From a virus, in IMG/VR virus record IMGVR_UViG_3300045988_013921, positions 1 to 18,179 of that record: a DNA stretch of 18,179 nt. One strand, written 5' to 3'. Position 1 is the first letter of the stretch; every line of letters starts with the position of its first letter. The notes beneath the pieces were generated by a model that saw only the letters and a list, made by a program, of their open reading frames with translations, was not told the DNA's origin and did no database searches. The translations under genes and the position numbers were made by a program. Of the stretch, positions 6,205-14,068 are shown piece by piece.

Positions 6205-7017
6205 CTAATGGCCGAGATTGTAGGCGAGTGACGTGGAATGCAATTGTGGCACGTTGGTCATGTTGTCGCCACTTCCCCACATCCCCATAAACAGGTTTTC
6301 CAACGAATTAATGACCATGAGATCGATATTGAGCATGGTGTTGCGCCAGTCCTGCAACAATTGTGACTGCGATCCGCTGGTTCCGAGTGTGTGCGACATG
6401 GAATTTCCCTTGTCGGAGGAATGCGCATAGTCGGTGTTGCTTGTGCTGGTTGCGGTGGCCGTACTGTCCTGCTGGGTTGCCGTATGCGTGTTGCCGGTTG
6501 AATCCGTCTGACTTGCGGTGGTGGCGTACTTGCGAAAATCGTCGATACGGGTCTGCGGGAACTCGCTGTTAAACGTCATGCTGGAATTGTCGGCGGTAGT
6601 GTCGGACGTGCTGTTGGCGGTGGATGTATTGGATTGTTCCCCTGTGGATTTTCCGCTCGACTCGTTCGTACTGGTCGAGTCCATTTCCTGTCTGATGTCG
6701 GACGTGATGAACGGGTCGAACTTGCGTTGCGCAGATAAATACAGTTGGTTAAAATAGTCCATCTGCTCACGCATAGTACGCCCAAGGTAAAAGATAAACA
6801 TTTGTGGCGTTTCGCTTCCGATTTCCCTAAGTGCGTAGTGGGCTACGATTTTCTCGTTCAATTTCGCACGATAGTTTTCGTCGAAAATAGGATAATATTG
6901 CGAACTTAAATGCAGTTTTTCGTCCGTATTGAAACCACGATCAATCAGATTACCCAACGTCAACGTATAGTCCGCCATACTGTCCTTGACGGCATACATG
7001 CTCAAGTCCTGTGCCAT
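6205..7017 (-). CDS. Lower collar protein (phi29 gp11 analogue)
   Basis: It follows the connector with a TAATG stop/start overlap. The motif YPIFDENYRAKLNEKIVAHYALREIGSETPQMF matches the pattern I recall for picovirus lower collar proteins. The central region is long and rich in S/T/N. Confidence 0.65.
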   Translation of the reverse strand: MAQDLSMYAVKDSMADYTLTLGNLIDRGFNTDEKLHLSSQYYPIFDENYRAKLNEKIVAHYALREIGSETPQMFIFYLGRTMREQMDYFNQLYLSAQRKFDPFITSDIRQEMDSTSTNESSGKSTGEQSNTSTANSTSDTTADNSSMTFNSEFPQTRIDDFRKYATTASQTDSTGNTHTATQQDSTATATSTSNTDYAHSSDKGNSMSHTLGTSGSQSQLLQDWRNTMLNIDLMVINSLENLFMGMWGSGDNMTNVPQLHSTSLAYNLGH

Positions 7018-7958
7018 TATTCTTCCTCCTCTTTGTTTCCGTCAACGTCCAACAACCCGCCGGACGTGGTGTCGTTCCACTCGATGCCGATAGGGTATCC
7101 CGAGTCGGCCATTTGCGGCCACAGTCGGTTAATCGTATTGCACGCCTGCTGCCGTGATTTAAGATAGCTTAGGCGGAAAACGTTCGTACGCGAATTCCCT
7201 GCCGTGACTTCCGATTCAAGTAATCGCTCCTTTTTTTCCGTGGTCGAATTATCGATTCCAAGATAATTAACCAACTCGTTCCAAATTTGCGTTTTCGTCG
7301 TGATGATCTTATCGGCCAAAAATGGGGTGACGTTGGGGAATGTCTGGAACATCCCGGTGATGTCTGCCGAGTCGTATGCGTAAATATAGGGGTCACCGTC
7401 TTCTCGTGCCTTCATAAGGTTTTGGGCGGTGAGTTTGTTGGTTTCGGACGTGGCGATAATCAGCGGTACGCTGATATTGTCCAAGTTGACGTCCAAGGCG
7501 CGGTCTGCGATGGCGAGTCGGGTCGCATAATTCCACATGACGTCAATCATGGTGCACCGCAATTGGTTGTCCCAAATGGGTACGCATTCCTTGCCGCCGA
7601 TCTGCGGATGAGAATAATTCGTGGCAACCGGCTGGAACGACGTCGGATTATTGTAGTTATTGACGCCCCCGATATTGCCTGAAGTGACCATAAAACGGTT
7701 CACGCCCTTACGCTTGTCGGGAAAAAAGAGGGCGAGGCCGTTTTCAAACAAAGTCAATTCCAAATATCTTTCGTCAATGTACGGGGGTAGGTTAATCCAT
7801 TTGAAACGGCTCACGGCCAGCATTTCGATCAATTTCATATACTGGTTGATGCGTAATGATTGCCGCATTTCGGGGAGGTTCAAATTGCCCCACATTGAGC
7901 CTAATACGCTCTGGTTATCCCAGTGCGCGGCCTTGCGCGCATTATTGCGTTTACCCAT
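7017..7958 (-). CDS. Head-tail connector / portal (upper collar), phi29 gp10-like
   Basis: By-eye homology to phi29 gp10: FKWINLPPYIDERYLE, NELVNYLGIDNSTTEKKERLLESEV, YLKSRQQACNTIN. I prefer the ATG at 7958 (AGGA 8 nt upstream) over the GTG at 7964 used by the track. Confidence 0.9.
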   Translation of the reverse strand: MGKRNNARKAAHWDNQSVLGSMWGNLNLPEMRQSLRINQYMKLIEMLAVSRFKWINLPPYIDERYLELTLFENGLALFFPDKRKGVNRFMVTSGNIGGVNNYNNPTSFQPVATNYSHPQIGGKECVPIWDNQLRCTMIDVMWNYATRLAIADRALDVNLDNISVPLIIATSETNKLTAQNLMKAREDGDPYIYAYDSADITGMFQTFPNVTPFLADKIITTKTQIWNELVNYLGIDNSTTEKKERLLESEVTAGNSRTNVFRLSYLKSRQQACNTINRLWPQMADSGYPIGIEWNDTTSGGLLDVDGNKEEEE

Positions 7959-7970
7959 GGTCACCGTCCT

Positions 7971-8008
7971 AAAAATAATGGAGAGAGTTAATATGCTCTC
8001 TCCATTAT
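7971..8008 (-). terminator. Intrinsic terminator/attenuator between the tail-knob and connector genes
   Basis: 13-bp perfect stem (7975-7987 pairs with 7996-8008; ATAATGGAGAGAG/CTCTCTCCATTAT) with an 8-nt loop, followed on the minus strand by UUUUU. A TATAAT hexamer (8004-8009, minus strand) is embedded in the upstream arm. Confidence 0.6.
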
Positions 8009-8014
8009 ATCCAA

Positions 8015-10246
8015 TCAGTACGAGATACCGGCTAACGGCACATTGTCCGCATAGTCGGTGACACCGATTTTGTCCGGGTCAGTCCACACCGTCACGCCAC
8101 TTTCGAAAATGCCCTTGACAGTCAATCGGTACTCTTCGGGACACGTCGAGCTACGCACATACAATTCGTGTAGTTTCCAATAAGTAAAATTGCTCATTGC
8201 CATGAGATTCTCCGGCAAGCGCATAAACCTTTGTACATAGTATCCATATCTTAGCCACACTTCGCCGATGGCTTGCATGGCGGCGGGTGGTATCTGTCGA
8301 AAACGCACCATGACACCGATCAATCCGTTCGCCAGGTTAAAGGCGTCACCACCTAATGCGCCGGACGTGGTAGGGGGTACAGTCTGAGTTTGCTGCACTT
8401 GGGCGTTGATGCCGGCGATCGTGTTTTCGTAATCGCCTTGCGCGGTGGCCTGCGCAAGCTGCCTGTTCATATCGGCCAGCTGCATGGCCTGCTGATTGGA
8501 CAAATTGGTTTGCGCAAGCGAGTAGGCATTGGCTTGCGAGGTGGTTGCGGCGTTGGTGGTAAAAGTGTTCGAAAGCGCTTGCGAATTGGACGAAACACTA
8601 TTGTCATAACTTTGTTGGTTTGCCCATGCGCCGATGGAGGTTCCTGCGATAGCGCCCACCGCACCCCCAACATTGCCGGTTGCGAGCGAGCCAATGGCGT
8701 TCGCGGCACCCGAGCCTACCGTATTGATCTGATTCATCCTGTTATTAAAACTTAGGTTTTTCAAGGTCAAGTCGGAAGACATTTGAGCGCTTTGATTGTT
8801 GATCGCCATCATCGCGTTGCGGTTCGCGGTGCCGAGCCTGTTCTGCTCGCTCGCATACTGCGTGCCGACCTGTGCCTGAGCGTAGGCATTGTTGATGCCC
8901 ATCTGGGTTTTCTGATACCCCCAATCTGCGCTCTGCTGAGCATAGGCACGTGTGTAGGCACTATTCGCAAGCGCTAGGGCACTGCCGTTGTTGACGGCCA
9001 TAAACGTTGGAAAATTGGTGATGCCAAATGATGCGTTCAGCATTTCGCCCGTATCAATCGGCAATCCCTTACCATCCGGCAACGGTTGACGGTCACCGAG
9101 ATTGCCCGCATGATACCCTCTCGCGTAAAAATTCAAACGTGGAGAGGGGGGCGCATAATTCCACGTCTCCCTGATGATCAAATCTTCGGACGGTATCTGC
9201 TCAGGCTCGTAGGTTATCACCGTGCCGTTGAGACACGAGCATTCGACATACGCGTAGGGGGCAGTAAGGAATTTCTTCAGATACCGGTATCGTTCCGGTA
9301 GCTGGAACATGTCGCGGAAATTTTTGAGGTTGATAATATCATCATACCTGTCCTGACTGTCTGTGGCACTGGCTCCCATTTTCCAACAATTGCCGATAAA
9401 ATGCGCGTCCTTACCGAAAAGTTCCGTGACTTTCGCACCCCAGCGGGTAAGTCTGTCAGGCAGTGACGGTACCGCGAAAATTCCGCAAATGCCCTGTGTT
9501 ACCCATGGTGAGGTTGCTCCACCGTCGAAAAACCTGCCAATGTCCAGTGGATTGTCGAGGTAGTAGACTTCCGTTCCGTTTGCCTGTGACTCAAAAAAGC
9601 TGCCGCTGGCAGACTGGATAGTGGGGTTGTCTTTGGTGCCAGAGTCCACAGATAGGGAGGTGGTCGAAAGTATGATGATACCAAATTTCAAATTATGACC
9701 GTCCACTACGTCCATAAGTGGCTTCCACGATTCGTTTGTGAGTACGGTGCATTTGCCCGTGTCGAGTCCTTCGGGCAGATCGAGATAGGTTTTGCCCCAG
9801 TCCTTCCATGCGTTTTCGTTGGCAACCCCAACATGTCCCCTTTCAACATAGGCGTTGCCCAGCTGAATATCATGCTGAAAACTTTGCCACACGTCCAATT
9901 GGATGTTGAGCTGTGTCGTGTTGGCGTTGACATAGTCGCAGGTTTGCACGAAATAATACCAACTGCGGGGGGTATCAAAATCGTAGTCGTTTGTGGCGAT
10001 CAGATAATTATATTGCGACGCTTGGGCGAACGGTACCGGCAATCGTACCGGCAGACCGTACTTGGCCATCGTGCAGTCGGTAAATTCGATGCCATCCAAA
10101 CGGTCGAAATACTCTTTTTGAGACTGTCTATCCCATTTGACAATATCCCTATACCCCATGTCCCACGGGACATTGCACAACTTGAATCGCGTGTTTGGCG
10201 TCCATTTCGCGTATGAAAAATTAATCGGTAGGTCGTTTGCGCTCAT
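8015..10246 (-). CDS. Tail knob protein, phi29 gp9-like
   Basis: The N-terminal block WYYFVQTCDYVNANTTQLNIQLDVWQSF and the C-terminal block YGYYVQRF...GVTVWTDPDKIG align by eye with phi29 gp9. The internal Gly/Ala-rich hydrophobic stretch GSGAANAIGSLATGNVGGAVGAIAGTSIGAW matches the position of the gp9 membrane-active loop. Confidence 0.88.
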   Translation of the reverse strand: MSANDLPINFSYAKWTPNTRFKLCNVPWDMGYRDIVKWDRQSQKEYFDRLDGIEFTDCTMAKYGLPVRLPVPFAQASQYNYLIATNDYDFDTPRSWYYFVQTCDYVNANTTQLNIQLDVWQSFQHDIQLGNAYVERGHVGVANENAWKDWGKTYLDLPEGLDTGKCTVLTNESWKPLMDVVDGHNLKFGIIILSTTSLSVDSGTKDNPTIQSASGSFFESQANGTEVYYLDNPLDIGRFFDGGATSPWVTQGICGIFAVPSLPDRLTRWGAKVTELFGKDAHFIGNCWKMGASATDSQDRYDDIINLKNFRDMFQLPERYRYLKKFLTAPYAYVECSCLNGTVITYEPEQIPSEDLIIRETWNYAPPSPRLNFYARGYHAGNLGDRQPLPDGKGLPIDTGEMLNASFGITNFPTFMAVNNGSALALANSAYTRAYAQQSADWGYQKTQMGINNAYAQAQVGTQYASEQNRLGTANRNAMMAINNQSAQMSSDLTLKNLSFNNRMNQINTVGSGAANAIGSLATGNVGGAVGAIAGTSIGAWANQQSYDNSVSSNSQALSNTFTTNAATTSQANAYSLAQTNLSNQQAMQLADMNRQLAQATAQGDYENTIAGINAQVQQTQTVPPTTSGALGGDAFNLANGLIGVMVRFRQIPPAAMQAIGEVWLRYGYYVQRFMRLPENLMAMSNFTYWKLHELYVRSSTCPEEYRLTVKGIFESGVTVWTDPDKIGVTDYADNVPLAGISY

Positions 10247-10257
10247 AAAATCCTCCT

Positions 10258-10298
10258 AAAAAACAATAGGTGTGGATAAAAGTCTATCCACACCTATT
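10258..10298 (-). terminator. Intrinsic terminator after the major capsid gene
   Basis: 14-bp perfect stem (10265-10278 pairs with 10285-10298; AATAGGTGTGGATA/TATCCACACCTATT) with a 6-nt loop. On the minus strand it is followed by GUUUUUU and then the AGGAGG SD of the tail-knob gene. Confidence 0.8.
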
Positions 10299-10318
10299 TT
10301 ATCTGCTATCGCCTAATG

Positions 10319-12061
10319 TCAGGCGGAGGCGGCGGCGGTGGCGACGGTGACGACGGCCTGCCCTTCGGCCCCCGCAAACTTTGCGACAACATGAGCCTGT
10401 CCTGCGCCTTTGCCGGTAACCAGTCCCGTCTGATCGACAGTGGCGTATGAGGTGTCGGACTTCCACAGCTGCCACGTGGCAAGATTGCTTACATCCTGCG
10501 TCGAGCCGTCCGTCGTGACTGCCTGCGCGGTCAGCTTGACGGACTCGCCAACCTTGATGGATTTCGCACCATCGACGCGCAGGCCGGACAGTGCTCCGAT
10601 CTTGATGCCACCGACCCACGTTCCAACAACCGGAACGGACAATGCTGCGGAAACGGTCTGGTCGATCTCGGGGTGGGCTGGGTTGATATAGGTTGCCTGA
10701 GCAGTGACCTTAAGCGTTTCGGCGGTTTCGTCGAGGCCGCAACGCAGAATACCCCCGTTGTCGATCGAGGTGAACTGAGAGGTTGCACCCTCAACCTTGT
10801 ATTCGATGCCGACCGGCTGGAAGCTTGCAGCATCCTTGTTGGCGCTTGTGATTTCGGATTCGACTTGTACCAAGTCACCGCGAGACACGTTCTCGGGGGA
10901 AACCGATGGCTGACCATATTTCATGACGCGCAAAGTGAACTTCGGCGTGGAAGTGGTGAGCGTATCCGGCAACGTCACGGACTCGGAGGAACCTTCGCCC
11001 GTCCAAAACAGCACGGCATTCGCAAACGGGTTAGGGGTGATGGACCCGCGGTGCTTATAGAAAATGTTCCTCGTGCCGTCAATCGGATTCACGGGGGAAT
11101 TCGTAGTTTCCAACGTTTCATCCCAGCAGAAGAAGAAGTCTTCCGTGGTCAGCACGGCCTGAACCTTGCCACCGGCACCGCCGATACCGAACATACCCTC
11201 CGGAATCGGAATGATACGATACGGCACATTGACCTTATCGATGTTAAACGCGGCGGCAAGGGCTTCGACGTTGAGCGCTGCGATCACCTGTGGCGTGGCG
11301 AACAGAATCGCCTCGGAATCTCGCCATGGGGTGACCCAGCTCATGGCGTTATAGCGTGGCATGGCCGACATTGGGCTAGCCTTGAGCTCGTTCGCGGTCT
11401 GCTGGATAAGTCGCAAAAGATTCTTGGCGTCCGCTTCAGTGGAGTCAGCCGCGCCAACGTCCTTGGTGTGGACTCGATAGAAACCGCCCTTGCGCGCGTA
11501 CTCGGCGAAGCACTGTGTCTTCATCAGGTACATATCATTACGGTCGGACAAGATCGGCGCGTTCATGATTTCCGCGATATAATCCGCCATGCCCGACTCA
11601 CCGTCAAAAGCGGTCAACAGCGCGTCTTCCGGGATGGTGACCGGATAGTAGTGGTCGAACGTTAGGGGGTGGAATACGGAAGCGGTAGGCAGCGAATAAC
11701 GCCCGTAAACGTCGTCGCCCAAGTATTCCTTGTTGAAATTGCGGGTGCGTGCCTTGACTAGGCCAACCGCGGCCTGTTCGTACGTGCTGCCGTAACGCTT
11801 CAACGTGCGTGGGGAGCCGATAAGCTTGAGTGGGTCATCCCAATCGGCGTGCTGGACGTACAAGCCGATAAGACGCTGAATCAATACCCCCGTGAATTCA
11901 TCGCGCAAGTACGGGAAATTACGCATGGTGTCCACGGCATTGCGGATATTGCCCTGTGTCGCAGACGGGATGCGTACCTGAAACTGGGGTGAGGTTGCGG
12001 AACGGACGGCATTGAAAATCTCAACGTCACCCTTACCGGCCAATGGTCGAATATTAGACAT
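10319..12061 (-). CDS. Major capsid protein, phi29 gp8-like, with C-terminal Ig-like (Big_2-type) domain(s)
   Basis: The N-terminus IFNAVRSATSPQF...IPSATQGNIRNAV...LIQRLIGL aligns by eye with phi29 gp8. The C-terminus VGESVKLTAQAVTTDGSTQDVSNLATW...VDQTGLVTGKGAGQAHVVAKF is a typical Big_2 pattern, and a second Ig-like segment precedes it. Confidence 0.9.
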   Translation of the reverse strand: MSNIRPLAGKGDVEIFNAVRSATSPQFQVRIPSATQGNIRNAVDTMRNFPYLRDEFTGVLIQRLIGLYVQHADWDDPLKLIGSPRTLKRYGSTYEQAAVGLVKARTRNFNKEYLGDDVYGRYSLPTASVFHPLTFDHYYPVTIPEDALLTAFDGESGMADYIAEIMNAPILSDRNDMYLMKTQCFAEYARKGGFYRVHTKDVGAADSTEADAKNLLRLIQQTANELKASPMSAMPRYNAMSWVTPWRDSEAILFATPQVIAALNVEALAAAFNIDKVNVPYRIIPIPEGMFGIGGAGGKVQAVLTTEDFFFCWDETLETTNSPVNPIDGTRNIFYKHRGSITPNPFANAVLFWTGEGSSESVTLPDTLTTSTPKFTLRVMKYGQPSVSPENVSRGDLVQVESEITSANKDAASFQPVGIEYKVEGATSQFTSIDNGGILRCGLDETAETLKVTAQATYINPAHPEIDQTVSAALSVPVVGTWVGGIKIGALSGLRVDGAKSIKVGESVKLTAQAVTTDGSTQDVSNLATWQLWKSDTSYATVDQTGLVTGKGAGQAHVVAKFAGAEGQAVVTVATAAASA

Positions 12062-12076
12062 TACTATTCCTTTCGT

Positions 12077-12358
12077 TTAGTCGAACAAATCTTCGATGGA
12101 CTCTTGCGTTTCGTCACCGTCACCGTCATTGTCGGTTAGGGCAGGTTCGGTGTATCCGAGCGTGTCCATCATGGCTTTCAATGCGGCCAATTCCTTTTCG
12201 ATCGAGTCAAGTCGCGCGCTCACGTCCGGTTCGGACGGTTCCGGTTCCGACTCAGGTTCCTTCGGCTTGATTTCGTCATCGACGGTTTCAGTCTGCCTCT
12301 CTTCTTCGGTAGGCGGCGGGGTGGTGTTTTCGTCGCTCTCATTGTTTGGGTCTGCCAT
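12077..12358 (-). CDS. Putative scaffolding protein (93 aa, very acidic)
   Basis: It lies immediately upstream of the capsid gene, as phi29 gene 7 does. The composition is E/D/P-rich with a helical segment LDSIEKELAALKAMMDTL. An AGGAG SD is present. Confidence 0.6.
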   Translation of the reverse strand: MADPNNESDENTTPPPTEEERQTETVDDEIKPKEPESEPEPSEPDVSARLDSIEKELAALKAMMDTLGYTEPALTDNDGDGDETQESIEDLFD

Positions 12359-12393
12359 GCAAGCTCCTATCTATCGGCAATGTTTCCACCAAA

Positions 12394-12402
12394 ATTATAT
12401 CA
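12394..12402 (-). promoter_or_regulatory. Late promoter, extended -10 TGATATAAT
   Basis: Exact TGNTATAAT on the minus strand about 36 nt upstream of the scaffold ATG and directly after the 12411-12444 terminator. Confidence 0.65.
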
Positions 12403-12410
12403 TGCGACGG

Positions 12411-12444
12411 GAGAAATAAAATGACCCTCCAATCACGGAGGGTC
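12411..12444 (-). terminator. Intrinsic terminator ending the early operon / small-RNA unit
   Basis: 8-bp stem GACCCTCC/GGAGGGTC (12423-12430 pairs with 12437-12444) with a 6-nt loop, followed on the minus strand by AUUUUAUUUCUC. Confidence 0.78.
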
Positions 12445-12581
12445 TAAATCGTCCTATCGGAGCGCAAAAGTGATGATCGTAGGGCACTACCGCCACGATA
12501 GTGATTCCATGGTTGGCGGCATTCTCAGCCGTGGCGGTCCAGCCTATGTTGCTCCCAGTCGAAAATCGACGCTCACAAGAC
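12415..12581 (-). ncRNA. Candidate ~165-nt structured small RNA (pRNA-like packaging RNA candidate)
   Basis: Non-coding interval bracketed by its own TGCTATAAT box (12588-12596) and the terminator (12411-12444). Internal helices are visible: 12489-12497 pairs with 12530-12538 (9 bp), and there is a hairpin at 12558-12570. It lies downstream of TP and pol in the same orientation, like phi29 pRNA. The ends are estimates. Confidence 0.4.
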
Positions 12582-12587
12582 ACACCT

Positions 12588-12596
12588 ATTATAGCA
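12588..12596 (-). promoter_or_regulatory. Extended -10 promoter TGCTATAAT overlapping the polymerase stop codon
   Basis: Exact TGNTATAAT on the minus strand (ATG CTA TAA T, the last two pol codons plus stop). The predicted start is a G near 12581. Confidence 0.5.
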
Positions 12597-14040
12597 TGAC
12601 CATTGTCCCGCAATCGTCCATGACTTGCACGCCATGTCGAAACTTTTCGTAAGGAATGGGCTGCGTAAATTGGCTTCCGGCCATGCAAATATCAACCTCA
12701 CCATCATCCTTCCACCCTTGATATCGGTTCATGCCTAAAATGGTGAGCTTTTCGTATCGTGCTGCGATTTTCCACTTGCCCAGCTCGGTAGGGTGGATTT
12801 CGCATGAGTCCACCGGCCCCCAGCCGGATAGGATGCACCCATCCGTGTTCGCATACAGCAATCGGCCGGCATTGGCGTGACAGACGGTCATAAGCTTTTT
12901 TCTTGCGTAGGCGTTGACCCATACGGGCACGGGGAGAAAATCGGTTTTCAAATTCGATTCTTCGCGTCGTGCGATATCCCAATCGAGGGTTACACCGTCT
13001 TTTGACATGGGGAGCATGACGGCACCTTTGGGCAGGCTCGCCATTTTCCCCACAAGCGCGTTCATGACCAATTTCGCCATTTGCCGCCTTTCGCCCGTCG
13101 CCTTCTGCTTCAACTCCCCCCATTCATCGACGAACGAACGGAAAAACCCCTTGCTTTGCCGGAACTTCCACCCCCTTACGTGCCTGTATATGCTTACCTC
13201 ATAGTTTTCGTATAACAATTGCTGGTCAATGTCGGTTAAGACTCTTGTGACATACCCTCTTGTGCCGGTAAGTCGATTGAGTCCATATACGCTACGATTG
13301 TCCAACAGAAAAGGGTATCCGTTTGGTTTGAGTTCCGCGCGAAACGTTAATTCGTCGCAATGCAATGGCATGTCATCATCCTGCACGTATTTGCCCTCAT
13401 ATGATTCCGGCAATCCCCACGGCAACCATTCGTCCCGCAATATGGACGGGTACATGCTATTGCAGTCAACGTCAATAGCCTTGCCATACGCCCCCTCCTT
13501 GGCTATCATGAAGCCACCGATATAGGCCTCATGCAATGACTTTTTCGTGTCCGGTTCGAGCTGAGGGAATTTGTCGTAATACCATTTCCACTCGCCGGAC
13601 GCAAACGCCTCCATGCTCGCACCGCCGGCAGTGATCCTGCACAAGCCGTGATTATCGTACTCGCTTAAAATGTTGAGCAGTTGAGTATCAGTCATGGTAA
13701 GCTTGCAGTTTTCGCGTAGCAGATTCGATATGTCGAAAAAGCGTGCGGAATTTTCACGGTCGATACGCACCGTAAAGCTAAAAAACTTACCCTTTTGGGA
13801 AACGATGGCATCCCAGCTCAAATTCGCATTATGTTCATTATGGGGGAGGAAATGTACGACATGTGCGATAAAATGGTCTAAAATATCAGTGTTAGTCATG
13901 TAGACGGTGAGTTTGCCGCCCGTCATGATGGACGCCAAAAGACGGTTGGGTGCGATAACGCCACGAAGTACGGTGCCGTCCACGAAGCGTATGACGTTAT
14001 CCGCGCACCATAATCCCACCCTATTATCACTCACTGTCAT
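12589..14040 (-). CDS. Protein-primed family-B DNA polymerase (phi29 gp2-like), short form (483 aa)
   Basis: Extensive by-eye alignment to phi29 pol: ITAGG, AYIGGF, DCNSMYPS (motif A), LPWGLPESYEGKYVQDDDMPLH (TPR1 start), KLVMNALVGK (motif B), LLYANTDG (motif C). An upstream in-frame stop rules out a longer N-terminus. Confidence 0.95.
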   Translation of the reverse strand: MTVSDNRVGLWCADNVIRFVDGTVLRGVIAPNRLLASIMTGGKLTVYMTNTDILDHFIAHVVHFLPHNEHNANLSWDAIVSQKGKFFSFTVRIDRENSARFFDISNLLRENCKLTMTDTQLLNILSEYDNHGLCRITAGGASMEAFASGEWKWYYDKFPQLEPDTKKSLHEAYIGGFMIAKEGAYGKAIDVDCNSMYPSILRDEWLPWGLPESYEGKYVQDDDMPLHCDELTFRAELKPNGYPFLLDNRSVYGLNRLTGTRGYVTRVLTDIDQQLLYENYEVSIYRHVRGWKFRQSKGFFRSFVDEWGELKQKATGERRQMAKLVMNALVGKMASLPKGAVMLPMSKDGVTLDWDIARREESNLKTDFLPVPVWVNAYARKKLMTVCHANAGRLLYANTDGCILSGWGPVDSCEIHPTELGKWKIAARYEKLTILGMNRYQGWKDDGEVDICMAGSQFTQPIPYEKFRHGVQVMDDCGTMVML

Positions 14041-14068
14041 AGTATATAACTTCCCTTGTTGTTGACCA

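Noticed and set aside
10673-11665. 330-aa plus-strand ORF antisense to the capsid gene, and similar antisense ORFs (4926..5462, 5635..6231, 9695..10216, 2383..2829, 7287..7682, 8390..8755)
   Set aside because: They fully overlap minus-strand genes that have clear phi29 homology. They have R/G/V-rich low-information composition and no SD, and are typical shadow ORFs of GC3-rich genes.
12395-12688. Track ORFs 12395..12688 (-) and 12470..12652 (+) across the pol-scaffold gap
   Set aside because: They run through the polymerase 3' end, the terminator hairpin and two promoter boxes. They lack an SD and have odd composition. The region is better explained as a non-coding RNA unit.
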